The notes below the pieces were generated by a model. The model saw nothing but the letters and a program-made list of their open reading frames with translations. It was not told the DNA's origin and ran no database searches. A DNA stretch of 63,752 bases, counting the filler, from Lenisia limosa (taxonomy: Eukaryota; Protista; Breviatea), in assembly GCA_001655205.1 (NCBI GenBank). It is 11 parts of 11 records of this genome, joined end to end, with 100 filler letters (N's around TTAATTAATTAA, not from the genome) between each part and the next. Parts side by side here need not be neighbours in the genome. Positions count along the whole stretch, not along the records: positions 56,389 to 61,887 come from LPNZ01009762.1; positions 61,988 to 63,752 come from LPNZ01004987.1; 9 more parts are not named here. One strand, 5' to 3'. The position numbers and the translations under genes were made by a program. How positions within the stretch are numbered: position 1 is the first letter of the stretch; each line of letters starts with the position of its first letter. Below are positions 59,501-63,752 of the stretch, piece by piece.

Positions 59501-61679
59501 NNNNNNNNNNNNNNNNNNNNNNNNNNNNNNNNNNNNNNNNNNNNNNNNNNTTTCGTTAGGAAATCACATAACAAAGCGGTCAGACTTATCCCGGTCACAC
59601 TATTATACATATTATGATGCACGAATAACCCGCTCATAAAACAAGATGAAAAAGGAGTGCAGGAGTCTGAGTAGATGAGATGACTGCCGCCTCAAAATAG
59701 ACCCAATTTCTCGAGAAATCCTTGATAAATATCGATATTTTACCGGTCTTTTTCGGGCCGCAGGGAAGTCCAAGATATGATGTACAGGTCATATCATTAC
59801 TTGGCACCTTTCTATTACCTACCACAAAATGACAATAAATGATATTATGTACATATATTATTTATGTCTCACACGCCTGCATTCTCAAGTTTCTTCTCCC
59901 AGTAACTTTGCAGGAATCCGTGAGTACCGAGACAGCCTCTTTTGACCTGACATCAGTGGACCTCGCTAGCAGCATGCAAGACGTTGGGGGCGAGGGCGGG
60001 CGGGATATTTGTAAGGAAGGGGGTATAATTACATGTGGTACTTAATTTCGGTTCAAAAAAAGACTGAATTTTCTGAAAAATTCTCGAAAATTTTCGATAT
60101 TTTACCGGAATTTTTCGAACCGAAGTGAAGCCCAAGGGGTATATATACATACATGTGGTACATATATTTGTTGGTGGTGATGTTGTGTGTGTGTGTGGTA
60201 TATAAAGTTGGGGATGGCTGATTATATATTTGCTATATGCAATATGTATTTGGAGAACCTATAGTGGGATTATTTCTGATATTCCATCAGCTTTGTATCA
60301 CAAAAAAAGACTGAATTTCTCGATAAATCTTCGAAAACTATCAGCATACCACATTTAATTATTTCTGACCTTCAATAAGGCTGACGAGCTTGCTGACAAG
60401 ATCAAGCAACATCCCAAGGACGATTTAACGTTCGAACAAGTACGGGTTATGAAGGGTGGGATGGGATGGGGTCTTACGAGCTTATAGTATTATTAAGATG
60501 CAGTATGTGTATGTCAAGCAGATGCCATATCTAATATTCTGTCGGATACCACCATCTCTCAATGTGCATCTTATTAATTTGAGATTCACTCAGGGGCGAA
60601 AACGATCGGAAAATATGGATATGTATCGGCAATTGAGCGAGAAATACTCTATGTACACTCATACCCCCCTCCCTAGGAATGCTGGTGTCACTGGAGCGAG
60701 CAATTGCAGATGTTGGAGGAAACTCTCGAAATGGCGTGACCAAACCTGGCACCTTCATCCACTCTTTCACCCAGGCTATGGTGGGGAGGGGGGGTGTTTT
60801 GGGATGGTCCTTGTGTTTGGAGATGGGGGAGAGGCACACAGAAAGCTGTGTGTACAGAGTTGTAAGGCAAATGTTTGGGTGAATTAATATTTTACTATAA
60901 TCCAATATCGCTTATAAGCTTGATGGTGTGGACTCCTTCGGCCAGATACTATCTTGTTTTTCATTTCTCATTGCTATATTATACAATGGGGGGGGGGGNN
61001 NNNNNNNNNNNNNNNNNNNNNNNNNNNNNNNNNNNNNNNNNNNNNNNNNNNNNNNNNNNNNNNNNNNNNNNNNNNNNNNNNNNNNNNNNNNNNNNNNNNN
61101 NNNNNNNNNNNNNNNNCCACCCCCCATTTAACATTTCAGGGGTTGCGTAGCAAGGAAAACGTCAGCAACTTCCGCGAGATTCTGGACAACGCACAGAAGT
61201 GCTTTCTTGACTTCTGTGGGCACTGACCAGGATAAGTCTTGACCGATGTGACTGTGATAAGTCTTGACCGACTTATCCCGGCCACTGTATGTATAACCAT
61301 GTATGACCCAATTGGACAGTACTGTAGCATTTGAATCAAAAGCTAGATCATTATTTTCGTTTCTCATTAAAGACTGAATCCTCGAATAATCGCCGAAAAA
61401 TATCGATATTTCAAATGTCTTTTTGACAATGGTAAATTCTGGAGATAAGAAGACAAGGAAAGAATTAATGAAGTTATCAGCACTTCTTAGAGGGTTGATA
61501 CGTCATAGAATGTCCTTATTTGATTTTATCTTCATCTAACTTGACCGACAGTAAATCTTTAAACAAAGTATTTCTTTTCAACCGAGTAAATCTTCACACA
61601 AAGTGAAGCACTCCAAAAAGTGACATTTTCAGTCCCGCAGAAGAAGTGCAGTCTGGAAATTATCTCTGACATGATGAAG
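56579..61679 (+). CDS. RTEL1: RTEL1-like XPD-family Fe-S DNA helicase, N-terminal part
   Basis: QHCLLESPT|[50 protein letters not shown]...PYNYLVD...IIFDEAHNL|[10 protein letters not shown]. Closer to RTEL1 than FANCJ by recalled motifs. Confidence 0.8.
56881..56920 (+). repeat. Dispersed repeat family C
   Basis: tattagcgctatggtgtggacggcttcggttaaataaaaa. Confidence 0.7.
58078..58165 (+). repeat. Intron 3'-module repeat (family A) in an RTEL1 intron
   Basis: agaagcgactggactgggctttgtttg...cagagttgatttgggctttttgtttcatacattttcctattttac. Confidence 0.85.
58568..58620 (+). repeat. Dispersed repeat family C
   Basis: cttatacgtgtgatggtgtggacggctttggccagataaaacc. Confidence 0.7.
58879..58960. mobile_element. 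hAT-type MITE (family B), internally deleted
   Basis: tagggctacacttcgtt...accgaagtgaagcctta; flanks ggtatttt / agtatatt match at 6 of 8. Confidence 0.8.
60036..60135. mobile_element. hAT-type MITE (family B), reverse orientation, left TIR decayed
   Basis: Interior aaaaaagactgaatttt is the reverse complement of the family core; right end accgaagtgaagcccaa. Confidence 0.7.
60911..60960 (+). repeat. Dispersed repeat family C
   Basis: cttataagcttgatggtgtggactccttcggccagatac. Confidence 0.65.
61221..61287. mobile_element. Short TIR element (family E, MITE-like)
   Basis: cactgaccaggataagtc...gacttatcccggccactg inverted ends. Single ends also at 8582, 11821 and 59576, with a partial at 23302. Confidence 0.6.
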
Positions 61680-62136
61680 GCAATTTACGGCCCTATTAGT
61701 GGGATGGGTTTTTGTACGACTCCATGCAATTGTTTTTTGTGAAGAAAAATTATTGACAATATTTGAAATTTAAATGTCTGATATTGAGTTTACATTACAT
61801 GTGTCGCACTTCAAATGAAATTATTGTTTCAATTAATTGCAAGGAGCTCTAGGTTTTTGCCTTGATGGGAGGGGGGAAATCGGATAANNNNNNNNNNNNN
61901 NNNNNNNNNNNNNNNNNNNNNNNNNNNNNNNTTAATTAATTAANNNNNNNNNNNNNNNNNNNNNNNNNNNNNNNNNNNNNNNNNNNNGAATTAATGACAC
62001 CATTTAGGACCGTGAGCATATTATTACAAGTCAAACAATTACAATTGTTATGGTTATTAACAGTCATATGACAAGAAATATAAGAGAAATAGTCTTAAAA
62101 CAAGTAAAAGCCACTTTGAAATCCCTTCCAGCCCAC

Positions 62137-63752
62137 CTGGGGGTACCAGCCTGAGAACTGGGCTGCTCCTGATCGGCGGGGTTCCTCGGGATTTCATAGG
62201 TAGTCTCCTTGGTGAGCTTGTTGCCAAAGTATGGATTGCCTTCAGGATCCTCCAACTGCACCCATCCGGCGGGGAGCGTTGGTCGTTCATACGAGGTTTC
62301 CTTTGTTAGCGAGTCGCCGTAGTAGGTCTTTCCCTCCGGATCTAGTAAGGATTAGTTAGTAATCATTATCCAAGCCTTTTAGAAAGTACTCTACAAAAAG
62401 GGCTCAATCAATTCTCTCTAATATGTTAGAAAAGAACGCTGACAGTGGTACTTCTACAAAAAAACTTAAAAATACTGGATGAATACCCAATCAGACTAGA
62501 AGATACACTACTAGAAGATACACTGAGCTCTTACACAATTGGGCTTTGTCTTTATTTAATTGTGTGTTATACCCAGTAGTAGAGTCATTAAATGATGTTC
62601 AGGAATTAACAATATAACACAATACCATAGTTAAACGTTACGTTATCCCCTTGTCTTTTTCTTGTATCCTCATTAACCTTAGCCCCCCCACCAGTCAAAC
62701 TCAGCCAGCCTGCAGGTAACGTAGGATCGGAAACAGGGGTACCCGGCGTTACCGGCGTGGACGGCTCAGATTCATCAGCCTTATTCACAGGCAAATGATA
62801 CTGAGTGAGCTTGGTGAGTGTATTGCCGTAATACGGCTTGCCCTCGGCATCTTGCAACGTAACCCATCCCGCAGGTAATGTCGGGGTCTCATATTGTGTC
62901 TGTTGTGTGATTATGTCGCCAAAGTAGGTCTTGCCCTCAGGATCTGTAACGGTCAATCTGTTGAATCTAGTTATATGCTAATTTTATTTGTTTTCACAAA
63001 GGTTGAATGTCTTTGAGCCGGATCGTTATGATCCTAGTTGCTATGGAAACTTTTTTGCACCAGACATTATGAAGATAGTTTCAAAAGAGACTTTATTGCA
63101 AAAAAACCTGAATATAGTTTCAATAGAGACTGAGACTAACCTTGCAAAGATATCCATCCAGCCGGGAGGTCCGTTTCGGGGCTTGGAATGTTTAGTGGCG
63201 GAATATTCGGTCTTGGAGGGGACGGCGGCGGGCGTGTGTACGTCGTTTCACCAGTTGTGGCGTTGGCGTAATATGGTACGCCATTTTGATCCGGATACTC
63301 GGCCCATCCCGTCGGAAGCGGACCGTTTTCGGCAGCAGTCGGCTCGGAAGCTTCGGAAGCCACAGGTTCCGTGGCTGGAGAAGAAACCTCGCTTCCGGGC
63401 ACCGGGGGTAGGTCGGATAATGGCGGCAGGTCAGGGATTGGGGGGAGGTCAGGGAGAGCCTCAACTGGGGACGGGACGGGAGGAAGATCGGGAATGGCGG
63501 GAATTTCATCGGGCATCGGAGGAATTGGCGGCAGATCTTCCGGCATGGGGCTCGGAGGAATTGAGTCAATTGGGGGGAGATCCGCCGGGAGAGCTGGAAG
63601 GTCGGGAAGGGGGGGCAGGTTTTCGCCGCCGGGAGATGGAGGAATGTCGGAAGGGTCAGGAAGGCTCGGCAGAGCATCGGGGAGGGCTTCGAGGGGAGTC
63701 GGCGGAATTTCGGGGAGATCCACGGGTATTGGAGTGATGGGCGGGGGAATTT
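62137..63752 (-). CDS. Proline-rich protein with at least 5 WW-like repeats (partial)
   Basis: LPTGWAEYPDQNGVPYYANATTGETTYTRP; LPAGWxxLxDxEGKxY(Y/F)G(N/D)xxTxxTxYxxP four more times. Upstream LPD/LPP-rich tract. Confidence 0.85.

Overview
Draft eukaryotic (protist-like) genomic scaffold. It is gene-dense, very intron-rich (most exons about 50-150 nt) and broken by many N gaps; ten of the gaps are 100-nt spacers with an artificial TTAATTAATTAA core. Genes were rebuilt by hand from GT-AG exon chains, so boundaries are approximate. Recognisable genes: the SMC2 hinge region, an ankyrin-repeat protein, ODAD3/CCDC151 (outer dynein arm docking, implying a motile flagellum), a class I Fe-S fumarate hydratase, a bacterial-type glycerol dehydrogenase (gldA) with about 12 introns, a flavodoxin-fold NAD(P)H:quinone oxidoreductase, SPOUT1, an RTEL1-like helicase and a multi-WW proline-rich protein. 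There are also several orphan genes and a giant type-I membrane protein (bacterial-style cadherin-like repeats, an unrecognised ~90-aa repeat, a Cys-rich TM and a cytoplasmic PDZ). The introns hold a decayed Penelope-like RT of Naiad/Chlamys type, a ~100-bp hAT-type MITE family with 8-bp TSDs, two further small repeat families and a sense-locked ~110-bp module at intron 3' ends. Many introns have G-rich 5' ends and C-rich 3' ends that are complementary. No rRNA, tRNA or CRISPR array was seen.
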